Source: Nitrososphaerota archaeon (GTDB taxonomy: Archaea; Thermoproteota; Nitrososphaeria_A; Caldarchaeales; Calditenuaceae). Taken from it: a DNA stretch of 64,000 bases. The stretch spans positions 96,001 through 160,000 of the forward strand of contig JAVQSZ010000001.1 in NCBI GenBank assembly GCA_033581555.1. The letters are read 5' to 3'. The notes below the pieces were generated by a model. It was not told the origin of the DNA and did no database searches. It saw nothing but the letters and a program-made list of their open reading frames with translations. This document shows, piece by piece, positions 27,215 through 36,878 of this stretch; position 1 is the stretch's first letter; the number at the start of each line of letters is the position of its first letter. Made by a program: the position numbers and the translations under genes.

Positions 27215-28219
27215 ATGAAGGCCGTAGTTCTCAGGAGGTTCAACGAGTCGCCGGTCTTGGAGGTCGTCCAGCGGCCCGAGAGGGCACCCGAGGGGTTCGC
27301 GCTCGTCGAGGTGGAGGCCGCGGGCGTCTGCTACAGGGACCTGCTAGTGACCGAGGGGAAGTTCCCGAGGGCCAGACTTCCTGTCGTGCTGGGACACGAG
27401 TTCTCCGGGAGGGTCCTCCAGGTGAGCGGCGACTCGGGGATCAGGGAGGGGGACCTGGTCGCGGGGCTCCCTCACGCAGTGTGTGGCTCGTGCGAGTACT
27501 GCCTGACGAAGCGGGAGAACCTCTGCGTCAACAGGCTCTGGTACGGCGAGGCGATCGACGGGACCTTCAGGGAGGTGACCGCGGTCGACCTGAAGACGGT
27601 CGTGAAGGTGCCGGACGGAGTTGCGCCTGAGGCCGCGGCGATCTCGAGCTGCGTCGTCGGGATGCTCATCCACGGGATCAGGGACGTGGGGGAGGCCAAA
27701 AGGGGGGAGAGGGCCCTAGTGACGGGGGCTGGGGGAGGCGTCGGGATCCACGCGGTCCAGGTCGCAAAGGCGATCGGGTGCAAGGTCGTCGCGGTCACGA
27801 GGTCTGAGTCGAAGGCCGAGACGGTGAGGAGGGCGGGGGCGGACGACGTGATCGTCGGGAGCTCCTTCTCCGAGGAGGCGAAGAGGAGGTGGGACGGGGT
27901 CGACTTGGTCATGGAGTGCGTCGGCGAGCCGACCTTCGGCGAGAGCATCAGGTCCCTGAGGTGGGGAGGGAGGATCGTGCTGATAGGGAACGTGACCGCA
28001 GGGACGTTCCCGCTTCCCCTGGGACTGGTCATCCTGAAGGGCCTGAGCGTGAGGGGGGTCGTGGGGTCGACGATGTCAACGCTCCGGGATGCGCTCGAGA
28101 TGATCGCCCGGGGCGACGTGAGGCCGGTCGTGAGGACGCTCCGGCTTGAGGAGTTCGCCCAGGCACTCGAGGCGCTGAGGGCGGGGGCTGCGCTGGGGAG
28201 GTTCGTGCTCAAGCCCTGA
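27215..28219 (+). CDS. Zn-dependent MDR dehydrogenase/reductase, acryloyl-CoA reductase-like
   Basis: CYRDLL, GHE, structural Zn CGSCEYC-x7-C, GAGGGVGIHAVQVAKA. Confidence 0.85.
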   Translation: MKAVVLRRFNESPVLEVVQRPERAPEGFALVEVEAAGVCYRDLLVTEGKFPRARLPVVLGHEFSGRVLQVSGDSGIREGDLVAGLPHAVCGSCEYCLTKRENLCVNRLWYGEAIDGTFREVTAVDLKTVVKVPDGVAPEAAAISSCVVGMLIHGIRDVGEAKRGERALVTGAGGGVGIHAVQVAKAIGCKVVAVTRSESKAETVRRAGADDVIVGSSFSEEAKRRWDGVDLVMECVGEPTFGESIRSLRWGGRIVLIGNVTAGTFPLPLGLVILKGLSVRGVVGSTMSTLRDALEMIARGDVRPVVRTLRLEEFAQALEALRAGAALGRFVLKP

Positions 28220-29378
28220 GGAGCCCAATTACCTCCGAGGCCGGCGCGTCGGTCTTCACCGCAGAACCGTCGTAGTGGACCCTGGAGGCCCTGAACCCCA
28301 GTGACCTCAGCTGCTCGATCAGCCACGTGACGCTCGGCGGGGAACACCTGGCCCTCCTCGCGAGCTCCGAGACCGGATAGGAGTACGGGACGTCGGGGAG
28401 CTCCTCCCGGACCCGCTTCAGGACCCTGACCGCCTCACCGAAGCCCGGGTCCTCTGCCAGCTCGGAGCTCAGGGCCTTATTAACGAGAGAGTCGTCCTTC
28501 AGCGGCCCCAGCCAAAGCGGCCCGAGCGCCCTGACATCCGAACCGCACGAGGGGCACCGGCCTCCGAGCCCCTGTAGGTCCCCGATGACCTCTACGGAGA
28601 GGCATGAGTCGCAGTAGCGGAGGTACCCGAGCGCCGAGACCGCCTCGAAAGCCCTGAGCTTCCCCCTCTCGATCCTCGCGAAGACCCTGACGAAGTGGGC
28701 CTTGACGACCGAGAGGACCGGGACCGCGGACCTCGAGAGCCTCCCCGCAGTGACAGCGCAGATCGCCGCGAGGGCCCTCATCGCGACCTCCTTCCCGAAG
28801 ACGGTCCTCGAGAGGTTCAGCGAGTACCTCCACCTAGCGGTCCTCTGGGAGGCCCCCGTGAGGGCTGCGAGGTCGGTCGCCGAGACTCCGATAAGGCCCT
28901 CGCTCCTCACGGCCCTGATCGAGTTCTCGAGGAACCTCGCGGGCGAGCCCGACGGGTCCAAGTCGACGTAGTGGACCCTCGCGCCCTCCGCGGCGAGCTT
29001 GACCAGCAGGAGGTTCCCGTCCATGTGGTAACCCCTCAGGGAGCCCTCGAGGCCGTTGAGCCTCGCGTTCAGCTCGATCAGCCTCGCAGACCGCTCGTTG
29101 ATGTCGCTCGCGAAGCCCTCGGAGAACCTCGAGGCCTCGAGCATCAGCCTCACCGCCCTCGCGCCCAGCCCGGCCAAGGGCTCCGCGAAGGTCCTCCCGG
29201 AAGAGTCGAAGTAGGCCGCCGTCGTCAGGACCGCGAAGTCCCTCGATATCTTGGACGCCGGGTTGTAGAACGCCGGGAGCTTCGAGGGCTCGATCCTCCC
29301 AACGCCCTCGGGGACCATCAACCTGGCCTTGCCCTCGACCAGCTCGATCGTCGGGAAGTCCAGCTCCAAGCGCTTCAC
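28209..29378 (-). CDS. trm1: tRNA (guanine-26 N2)-dimethyltransferase
   Basis: FYNPASKISRD, DLDPSGSP, SATD, Zn-finger, GPLWLG, KTDAP. Confidence 0.92.
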   Translation of the reverse strand: MKRLELDFPTIELVEGKARLMVPEGVGRIEPSKLPAFYNPASKISRDFAVLTTAAYFDSSGRTFAEPLAGLGARAVRLMLEASRFSEGFASDINERSARLIELNARLNGLEGSLRGYHMDGNLLLVKLAAEGARVHYVDLDPSGSPARFLENSIRAVRSEGLIGVSATDLAALTGASQRTARWRYSLNLSRTVFGKEVAMRALAAICAVTAGRLSRSAVPVLSVVKAHFVRVFARIERGKLRAFEAVSALGYLRYCDSCLSVEVIGDLQGLGGRCPSCGSDVRALGPLWLGPLKDDSLVNKALSSELAEDPGFGEAVRVLKRVREELPDVPYSYPVSELARRARCSPPSVTWLIEQLRSLGFRASRVHYDGSAVKTDAPASEVIGLLRA

Positions 29379-29902
29379 CCCAACAGGTGATTCACGGCCT
29401 CCCTCGCGACCCTCTCGGCCTCTCCGAACCTCACCACGAGCCTCAGCGTCGCAGAGGAGTTCAGCCTCTCAATCAGGGGATGCTTGGCCCTGAAGTGGAC
29501 CGTGAAGAGCGACCTCTCGAGAGAGCTCACGGAAGACCCGACCGCCTCCACGAACCTCCTCGACATCAGCTCCATCGGCCCGACCTCGTCGACGATCAGC
29601 ACCGCTCCCCTCTCCACCGCTGCCGTGATCGCGGGGATCCCGAGCTCCTCAAGGTTCTCGGGGAAGACCGCGTATGACCCGAGTCTGTGCGGGCCGCTGG
29701 GCCCCTTCCTCGCCAGGGGGACGCTCGACGCGCCGGAGAGTTCCACGACGTCGAACCCTATCCTGGCTCCTCCCTCCCTCACCTCCCGGGTGACGAACCC
29801 TCCGACCTCAAGGCCCCTAGACCTGAGCTCCTCTGCGACCCTGATCGCCGCGGTCGTCTTCCCGGACCCCGGAGGGCCCGTGATCACGACGAGCCTCCTC
29901 AT
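29375..29902 (-). CDS. NTPase (THEP1/NTPase_1 family)
   Basis: ITGPPGSGKTT, GGFVTREVREGGARIGF, VDEVGPME. Confidence 0.92.
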   Translation of the reverse strand: MRRLVVITGPPGSGKTTAAIRVAEELRSRGLEVGGFVTREVREGGARIGFDVVELSGASSVPLARKGPSGPHRLGSYAVFPENLEELGIPAITAAVERGAVLIVDEVGPMELMSRRFVEAVGSSVSSLERSLFTVHFRAKHPLIERLNSSATLRLVVRFGEAERVAREAVNHLLG

Positions 29903-30540
29903 CCCTCATCGAGGTGACGGTCGGGGGTGCCCAGGGACCTGACAGTCCTCCACGACCTCCTCACGTAATCCGGGAGGCTTCCGGAAGCCGCGAGGGCCCT
30001 CAGGTGTCCCATCGTCCTAGGATCGCTGGGGTACCCGGATCCGACGTCGCCCAGCCCCCTCACCGCCCTGTCCCTGGTGACCTTCGCGACGATCGAGGCG
30101 GCCGCGACCACCGGGAACCTCACGTCTGCCCTCACTGCGAAGCGGACGTCGACGCCCTCAACGCGCCCCATCAGCTCGCGGGCCCTCGTCGGGTTCCTGT
30201 ACGGAGAGTCGACGTAGACGACCCGTGGCTTCACCTCCTCGATCAGCTCCCTAATCGCCCTCAGCTCGAGGGCGTTGAGGCCGATGCCGCCCCTCGACCT
30301 CGCGGAGCGGTCTATCGACTCGGGCTCCAGGAGCTTCACCCTGATCACCGCGCCCCTCTCCACCAACGCGCCGAAGAGCCGCTCCCTCGCCCGAGGCGTG
30401 AGCGACTTCGAGTCCCTGACGCCCATCGCACTCAGCTCCTCGACAGTCTCCTCCTCGACCGCGATGAGCGCGATCACCAACGGGCCGAGGACCGAGCCCC
30501 TTCCGGCCTCGTCGACGCCGGCGACCAGCGACCGGACCAT
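29899..30540 (-). CDS. rnhB: Ribonuclease HII
   Basis: GVDEAGRG, DSK, AAASIVAKVTRD, GSGYPSDP. Confidence 0.96.
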   Translation of the reverse strand: MVRSLVAGVDEAGRGSVLGPLVIALIAVEEETVEELSAMGVRDSKSLTPRARERLFGALVERGAVIRVKLLEPESIDRSARSRGGIGLNALELRAIRELIEEVKPRVVYVDSPYRNPTRARELMGRVEGVDVRFAVRADVRFPVVAAASIVAKVTRDRAVRGLGDVGSGYPSDPRTMGHLRALAASGSLPDYVRRSWRTVRSLGTPDRHLDEG

Positions 30541-31241
30541 CAGCCCCTGAACCTCGCGATGACCATGACGTGGTCCAGCTCGTAGGGCTCGAGGTCGATC
30601 CTCCGCTCGACGACCGCGCCTCCCCTCTCCATCACCTCGATCTCCCTCCTGAAGACCAGCTCCGGGTCCTCGGTGCTGTCGATGCTCCTCGCCTTGATGG
30701 CCACCATTACTCTCCCCCCGGGCCTGAGGAAGTACCTCGCGTTGTCGATCACGATCCTGGCTTGGTCCGGCTGAGCGACGTCGCAGTAGATCACGTCGAC
30801 CTTGCCGACGAGGTAGGCGTACCTCTCTGGGAGCCTCGCGTCCCCGAAGATCGGGACGACGTTCCTCCTCCGCTTAGCGACCCTCTCGACGAACTGTGCC
30901 AAGACCCTCGGCGAGTACTCGACCGAGTAGACCATGCCTCCCTCGCCGACGACGTCGGAGACGTGACTGACGGTCGTCCCCGAGGCCGCGCCGAGGTAAA
31001 GCACCCTCGCGCCCGGAGAGATCGGCATCCGGTCCAGGCCCTTGAGCAGGGCCGCGGCCAGCTTGCTCCTGTACGGCACCCACTCCCGGAGCTCCTCGCC
31101 CTGATGCCTGAATAGCTGCTCGCCGTAGACCGAGAAGCCCCTGTCCAGGTTCCTGGTGCAGAGGTACCTCTTGGTCCCGTCCCACACCCAGTAGACGTTC
31201 TCCGCCGACTCGTGGGGCTCGACCTTCAGAGTCAACTCCAC
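30540..31241 (-). CDS. flpA: Fibrillarin-like rRNA/tRNA 2'-O-methyltransferase
   Basis: RSKLAAA, VLYLGAASGTTVSHVSD, DVAQPDQ. Confidence 0.97.
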   Translation of the reverse strand: MELTLKVEPHESAENVYWVWDGTKRYLCTRNLDRGFSVYGEQLFRHQGEELREWVPYRSKLAAALLKGLDRMPISPGARVLYLGAASGTTVSHVSDVVGEGGMVYSVEYSPRVLAQFVERVAKRRRNVVPIFGDARLPERYAYLVGKVDVIYCDVAQPDQARIVIDNARYFLRPGGRVMVAIKARSIDSTEDPELVFRREIEVMERGGAVVERRIDLEPYELDHVMVIARFRG

Positions 31242-31294
31242 TCGGTTAAGGGCCCCGTTCTATCTAAACGGTTTTCCCGGGGATTCGGGACCGA

Positions 31295-32482
31295 TCACTT
31301 GCGCCTCCTGACCCCCTTCGGGGGCCTGACCGGTCTCCTGACCTCGACCCTCTCCTTCGCCGGCGGCGCCGGGTACTTCTCCCTGATCTCGCGGACCCTC
31401 TTCTCGAGCTCCTCCCTCAGCTGCGCGGACCTGTCCTCCCCAGAGAAGTAGTCGATCTTCGCGGCGATCGAGATCTTCGCGGCCAGCGCCCTCGCGACCT
31501 TCCCCCTCTGCCACTTGGGAGACCCGTGGACGTACGGGTGCTGGAAGATCACGCCGTGCTTCGGGGCGCCCCTCCCCGTCCTGAGGAACCTGAAGAGCGC
31601 CTTCTCCGCGCCCAGGAGCTGAACGAGGCTCGCCGGGGCCCTCGCGAGCCTCTCGAGCCCGCCCGCGAGCGTTATCAGCCTCGCGCCGACCATCGGACCC
31701 GCGATCGCAGCGACGTTCGGTGCCTCGAGCGCCATCAGCTGCCTGACGTAGGACTGGAGCCTGTCCCTGTACCCCATCAGGTCGACGGCCCTCCTCGCGA
31801 GCTCGAGTATCTCGTTCATGTCCGCCTCCGAGACCTCGACGCCCAAGCTCCTCCTCGACGCCTCGACGACCCTCTCGGCTTCCCTCCTGTCCAGCACGCC
31901 GGAGAGCGCCTCCCTCGACGCGTTAGACCTCGGCCCCATCGCGAGCACGACCTTGACGTACTTCTCGGGGTCGCCCACGAGCTCCTTCAGCTCAGGGAAG
32001 TGGATGCCGTACCAGTCGGACAGCCTCGAGTAGAAGGAGTTCAGCGTCTTCTGGACGTCGTCGAGCGTCCTCACCGCTTGGACGATCATCTGGTCCCTCC
32101 TCAGGACCGCCTCCTTGATCGCGAGCTCCGTCACCCTGATCGCGACGCTCCTCAGGCTCTGGTCGTAGGCCTCGAGGGAGGGGAACGCCCCCGAGCTCAG
32201 GGCGAGGTCCACCCTGTCGCCCGGCAGCTGCTCGGGCCCGATGAGCTGGCACCCGTAACCCATCGAGCGGATCGCCTCGTGGAGAAGAGGGTCGGGCGTC
32301 GCGAACTCCTCGAAGCCCCTCGACTTCAGCCCCTCCAACAGGGCCCTCAGCCACGCCGCCGCGCCCGGCGACCTCAACCTCGCAAAGGCCTCTCCCGCGT
32401 CCCCGGGGACCGAGTGGTGCTCGGTCAGGCCGTCGGACGTCACGAGGACGCCGGCTGGCGTGAGCATCAGCGTCGCCCGCAT
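31295..32482 (-). CDS. nop5: C/D box RNP protein Nop5 (Nop56/58)
   Basis: WYGIHFPEL, QLLGAEKALF, PKHGVIFQHP, RGKVAR. Confidence 0.96.
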   Translation of the reverse strand: MRATLMLTPAGVLVTSDGLTEHHSVPGDAGEAFARLRSPGAAAWLRALLEGLKSRGFEEFATPDPLLHEAIRSMGYGCQLIGPEQLPGDRVDLALSSGAFPSLEAYDQSLRSVAIRVTELAIKEAVLRRDQMIVQAVRTLDDVQKTLNSFYSRLSDWYGIHFPELKELVGDPEKYVKVVLAMGPRSNASREALSGVLDRREAERVVEASRRSLGVEVSEADMNEILELARRAVDLMGYRDRLQSYVRQLMALEAPNVAAIAGPMVGARLITLAGGLERLARAPASLVQLLGAEKALFRFLRTGRGAPKHGVIFQHPYVHGSPKWQRGKVARALAAKISIAAKIDYFSGEDRSAQLREELEKRVREIREKYPAPPAKERVEVRRPVRPPKGVRRRK

Positions 32483-32569
32483 CGACCTCCATCACCGACC
32501 GGCGTCTTATAACGTGATGGTCTGGGTCCCGACGCTCGGTTTTTCGGGCCCGCAGCCGTTCGAGGGCCG

Positions 32570-33613
32570 ATGGCCGAGTCCGAGCTGCCCTGCGTGAGGG
32601 TCAGGAGGGAGAGGGCTGAGGAGCTGAGGAGGGCCCTAATGAGGGAAGGGCTTCTGGTGAGGGGCGCGAGGCCGCGCAAGGTCGGCGACGACGTCCTCTT
32701 CCCCGTGACCGACCCGGAGAGGGCCTCGAGGCTCGCCGAGAGGTTCGGCGCCGAGCTGGGGTCCTACGTCTTCGAGGTCGTGGAGAGGCCGAGGGACCTG
32801 AAGGAAGCCCTCAGGGACCTGCCCGAGGAGCTGCGCGGCCTGCTACCTTCGTCCTACGACGTGGTCGGCGATATCGCGGTCGTCCACGTCCCGGAGCCCC
32901 TCTGGCCCCACAGACGTCGAATCGGCGAGGCGATCATGAGGGTCAACAGGTCGATCAGGGTCGTGCTGGGCGAGGCGGGGCCGGTGAGCGGCGAGTTCAG
33001 GCTGAGGGAGTTCGAGTGGCTCGCGGGCGAGAGTAGGACCGTGACCGTCCACAGGGAGAACGGGTGCGAGTTCGAGCTGGACATCGCGAGGGTCTACTTC
33101 TCGCCCAGGCTCTCCGGCGAGAGGTGGAGGGTTGTGGGACTGGTCGGCCCCGGCGAGAACGTCCTCGACATGTTCGCGGGCGTCGGGCCCTTCGCGATCG
33201 AGATCGCGAGGCACAAAGGGGTCAGGGTCACGGCGGTCGAGCTGAACCCGGTCGCGTACGAGTACCTGGTCAGGAACGTCGAGCGGAACCGCGTGAGGGG
33301 GCTGGTTGAGGCGATCAACGACGACGCGCGCAGGGCCGCGGAGTACTTGAGCCGCTCCTACGACCGTGTGATAATGAACTACCCTGCGGCGTCGCTAGAG
33401 TTCCTCGACGCAGCGGTCTCCGTGGCGAGGGAGGGGGCGATCCTGCACGTCTACGGCTTCGCGTCCAGCCCCGAGGACTGGAGGTGGAAGGTGGAGGAGG
33501 AGCTCAGGGAGCTCTCGGCGAGGGCCGAGGTCGTCTCGGTCAGGAAGGTGAGGGAGGTCTCGGCGTCGAGGGTGATCGCGGTCGCTGACGTGAGGCTCTC
33601 GGGGAGCGCGTGA
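32570..33613 (+). CDS. trm5: tRNA methyltransferase Trm5/Taw2 family
   Basis: YDVVGDIA, YFSPRLSGER, DMFAGVGPF, RVIMNYP. Confidence 0.88.
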   Translation: MAESELPCVRVRRERAEELRRALMREGLLVRGARPRKVGDDVLFPVTDPERASRLAERFGAELGSYVFEVVERPRDLKEALRDLPEELRGLLPSSYDVVGDIAVVHVPEPLWPHRRRIGEAIMRVNRSIRVVLGEAGPVSGEFRLREFEWLAGESRTVTVHRENGCEFELDIARVYFSPRLSGERWRVVGLVGPGENVLDMFAGVGPFAIEIARHKGVRVTAVELNPVAYEYLVRNVERNRVRGLVEAINDDARRAAEYLSRSYDRVIMNYPAASLEFLDAAVSVAREGAILHVYGFASSPEDWRWKVEEELRELSARAEVVSVRKVREVSASRVIAVADVRLSGSA

Positions 33614-33672
33614 GGCGGTCTCGGCCGGCTCCGGGTAACCGATATAACCCGCTCGGAGCGCGTAGCCGCGGC

Positions 33673-35247
33673 GTGGGCAGTAGGGTCTCCCTGCCTCCCT
33701 CGGAAGAGGGACACATCGAGTTCAAGTCGAGGCTGCTCTCTTCGGTCCACCTGAGGCCCGAGAGGAGGCAACAGCTCGTGGCCCAGATGAAGTCGAGGCT
33801 GATAGAGGGGGGCGGCGTCGCGGTCTACGTCCTGGGGGTAGAGGACGACGGCACGCCCGCGGGGCTGACTGAGGTGGAGCTGGAGGAGAGCGTCGCGGTG
33901 ATCAGCTCTCTGGCCGCGGAGTGTGGGGCGAGGGTGAGGCGGGTCGAGAGGGCCTCGACGGAGGGAGGCATCGTGGCGAAGGTCGTGATCGAAAGGGTCT
34001 CGACCTCCCCGAAGAGCCACCTGACCGTAGGGGTGGCGGGACACGTCAACCACGGGAAGTCGACGCTCGTCGCGTGCCTCGTGACCGGAGAGAGGGACGA
34101 CGGGACCAAGTGGCTCTACATGGACACGCTCCCCCACGAGATCTCGAGGAACCTGTCTGCTGACTTGCACTTCACGGTCCTCGGGTTCAGGGAGGGGAGG
34201 CCGGTCTTCCTCAGGAACCCCAGGGACAGGGAGGAGAAGGCGAGGGTCGTCAGGGAGGCCGAGAGGGTCGTGAGCATCGTCGACACGGTCGGACACGAGC
34301 CGTGGCTCAGGACGACCATACGTGGGCTCCTCGGACAGGGCCTCGACTACGGGATCCTCGTGGTCGCGGCCGACGACGGGCCCACCTACATCACCAGGGA
34401 GCACCTCGGCGTGATGTTCGGTTCGCAGCTCCCGGTCATCGTCTGCATCACGAAGGTCGACAAGGTCGGGAGGAAGAGGCTCGAGGAGGTCAGGGAGGAG
34501 GTATCGAGACTGATCAAGCGGGTTGGCCGGGTCCCCTATCAGGTGAAGGACAGGTCTGACGTTGACGTGGTCGTCGACAAGGTTAACCCGGTCGTGCCGA
34601 TCGTGGAGGTATCGTCGGCGACGAGGCAGGGCTTCGACCTCCTCTATGGGCTCCTCTCCTCCCTACCTCCTAGGCCGAAGAGGGTCAACGGGCCGTTCCT
34701 GATGTACGTCGACAGGGTCTACAACGTCGAGGGCGCGGGGACGGTCGTCTCAGGGACGATCCTGCAGGGGACGCTGAGGAGCGGGGACGCGCTGCTGCTC
34801 GGCCCGGACGACAAGGGGAGCTTCGCGGAAGTGAGGGTGAGGAGCATAGAGGTCCATCACTCTAAGGTCGAGGAGGCCTACGCGGGTCAGCTCGTCGGCG
34901 TGGCGATCAGGGGGGTCCCTCAGGGCTCCGTTAGGAGGGGGATGGTCCTCTCGGGCTCGGAGACGAGGCCGAGGGCCGTTAGGCGGTTCGACGGAGAGTT
35001 CGTCGTCCTTAACCACCCCACGAGGGTCGCGACCGGTTACGAGCCGATATTCCACTGCCACACGATCGCCCAGTCGGTCAAGACCTTCGTCCACGAGAAC
35101 GGTTTCGTCGCGCCCGGAGAGCAGGGGACCGCGACGTTCTCGTTCAAGTACAGACCCGAGTTCGTCAGGGAGGACGACGTCTTCGTCTTGAGGGAGGGCA
35201 GGGTCAAGGGGATCGGGAGGATAACGAGGGTGCTAGAGGACAGTTGA
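33673..35247 (+). CDS. Translational GTPase, GTPBP1/2 family
   Basis: N-terminal EEGHIEFK domain; GHVNHGKST, DTVGHE, TKVD; EF-Tu-like domains II/III; start taken at GTG 33673. Confidence 0.88.
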   Translation: MGSRVSLPPSEEGHIEFKSRLLSSVHLRPERRQQLVAQMKSRLIEGGGVAVYVLGVEDDGTPAGLTEVELEESVAVISSLAAECGARVRRVERASTEGGIVAKVVIERVSTSPKSHLTVGVAGHVNHGKSTLVACLVTGERDDGTKWLYMDTLPHEISRNLSADLHFTVLGFREGRPVFLRNPRDREEKARVVREAERVVSIVDTVGHEPWLRTTIRGLLGQGLDYGILVVAADDGPTYITREHLGVMFGSQLPVIVCITKVDKVGRKRLEEVREEVSRLIKRVGRVPYQVKDRSDVDVVVDKVNPVVPIVEVSSATRQGFDLLYGLLSSLPPRPKRVNGPFLMYVDRVYNVEGAGTVVSGTILQGTLRSGDALLLGPDDKGSFAEVRVRSIEVHHSKVEEAYAGQLVGVAIRGVPQGSVRRGMVLSGSETRPRAVRRFDGEFVVLNHPTRVATGYEPIFHCHTIAQSVKTFVHENGFVAPGEQGTATFSFKYRPEFVREDDVFVLREGRVKGIGRITRVLEDS

Positions 35248-35404
35248 GCGGGATCGCGGCCTGCTCTGCATCTCCGAGCGGTGCTATGAGCCGATCTCGG
35301 GCGCGAGGCGCACAGGAGACAAAGATGTCTCCATTCGAATAACCGTGAGGGTCTCACTACACACTTTCCAAAAACTTATCTAGGTCAAAGCTATTTACAG
35401 ATGT

Positions 35405-36400
35405 ATGAACAAGACCCGAATCAGGCTCTTAGTGGTCGTCGGTGTGGTGGTCGTTGCGGCGATAATCACCGCGACCTACTTCACCACGGTCGCGAGGCCT
35501 CCCGAAAGAGTGACGCTCAGCATAGCAACGGGAGGTGTGGGAGGAGTCTACTATCCCGTGGGTGGGGCCTTCGCGTCTCTCTGGAACAAGCACCTCGGGC
35601 CGACGGTGACTGCCACCGTTGAGGCCACGACGGCCTCCGTGGACAACATCAAGCTCCTGAGGGACGGGAAGGTCGAGGTGGCCTTCACGCTGCCTGACAC
35701 AGCTTACGATGCCTACAGGGGGACTGGAGCGTTCTCGGACTCGAGGGTCGAGGTCAGAGCACTCGCGGTGTTGTACAACAACTACCAACACATAGTGACC
35801 CTTGAGGGCAAGGGCATCACGAAGATCTCCGACCTCAGGGGGAAGAGGGTCTCGACGGGCGCTCCGGGGAGCGGGACCGAGGTGATAGCCCTGAGGATCC
35901 TTCGGGCGGCGGGCATCGACCCCGACAAGGACATCGTAAGGGAGAGGTTGGGGGTGAGGGAATCCGCTGACGCGCTCAAGGACGGGAAGATAGACGCGTT
36001 CTTCTGGAGCGGGGGGATACCGACCGCGGCTGTCGCAGAGCTGGCTTCTGCGCCGGGCCTGAAGGTCGTCCTCCTGCCGAGCGCCGAAGTCGTCGACAAG
36101 CTGAGGGAGCAGTACGGGCCCATTTACTTCGTCGCCAAGATACCCGCCAGGACGTACGCGGGCCAGGACAGGGACATCGAGGTCCTGACGGCCACGAACC
36201 TCTTGGTGGTCCACGCCCGAATGCCCGAGTCTCTTGCCTACCAGTTGACGAAGACCCTGTTCGATAACATGAATGAGATCATGGGAGCCCACGCCGTCAT
36301 CAAGGACATCAAGCTTGAGTTCCAGAAGTCAATGTACTCGCCGATACCCTTCCACGAGGGCGCGATAAGGTACTACAGGGAGAAGGGCGTCTGGAGATAG
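35405..36400 (+). CDS. TAXI-family TRAP transporter solute-binding protein
   Basis: IATGGVGGVYYPVG, STGAPGSGT, IDAFFWSGG, PFHEGA. Confidence 0.95.
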   Translation: MNKTRIRLLVVVGVVVVAAIITATYFTTVARPPERVTLSIATGGVGGVYYPVGGAFASLWNKHLGPTVTATVEATTASVDNIKLLRDGKVEVAFTLPDTAYDAYRGTGAFSDSRVEVRALAVLYNNYQHIVTLEGKGITKISDLRGKRVSTGAPGSGTEVIALRILRAAGIDPDKDIVRERLGVRESADALKDGKIDAFFWSGGIPTAAVAELASAPGLKVVLLPSAEVVDKLREQYGPIYFVAKIPARTYAGQDRDIEVLTATNLLVVHARMPESLAYQLTKTLFDNMNEIMGAHAVIKDIKLEFQKSMYSPIPFHEGAIRYYREKGVWR

Positions 36401-36410
36401 CTCGTCGAAC

Positions 36411-36878
36411 TTGAGGGCCAGTCCGCTGGACCTACTGACCGGCTTCATGGTCCTGGTGACCGTGATCGCTCTAGTTACGACGGTCGACGTGAACCGCGAG
36501 ACCGTTTGCGTGAGGGGAGAACGGGGGAAGGCGCTGGTCATGGACGTACCCGAGAACAGGACCGTATCTCTTCGGTACACACACTCGGTGAGGCAGATGG
36601 TTACGATTGAGACTTACCACATCGAGCGGGGTGCGATCGTCCTGAGGAGCGTGAAGATGGGCGACGGAGCCTCGAGCGCCCTCTACGACGAAGGCATGTC
36701 CTTCATGGACGGTGGAGCCGTCAGGATCGAGGGGGTGAACGTCCGGCTCGGCGGGCTGAAGTTGAGGGTCGGCGACGTGGGAAGACCCGTGCTGACGGTT
36801 GGGAACACTCAGATCGACCTCTCCGACGTCTTCGGTCCGGGCGAGGGGGTCGAAATCAGCCTTGATGGATGCGCGTAA
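36411..36878 (+). CDS. DUF1850-like protein of TAXI-TRAP loci
   Basis: N-terminal TM, 'LRYTHSV' motif; lies between the TAXI SBP and permease genes. Confidence 0.7.
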   Translation: MRASPLDLLTGFMVLVTVIALVTTVDVNRETVCVRGERGKALVMDVPENRTVSLRYTHSVRQMVTIETYHIERGAIVLRSVKMGDGASSALYDEGMSFMDGGAVRIEGVNVRLGGLKLRVGDVGRPVLTVGNTQIDLSDVFGPGEGVEISLDGCA

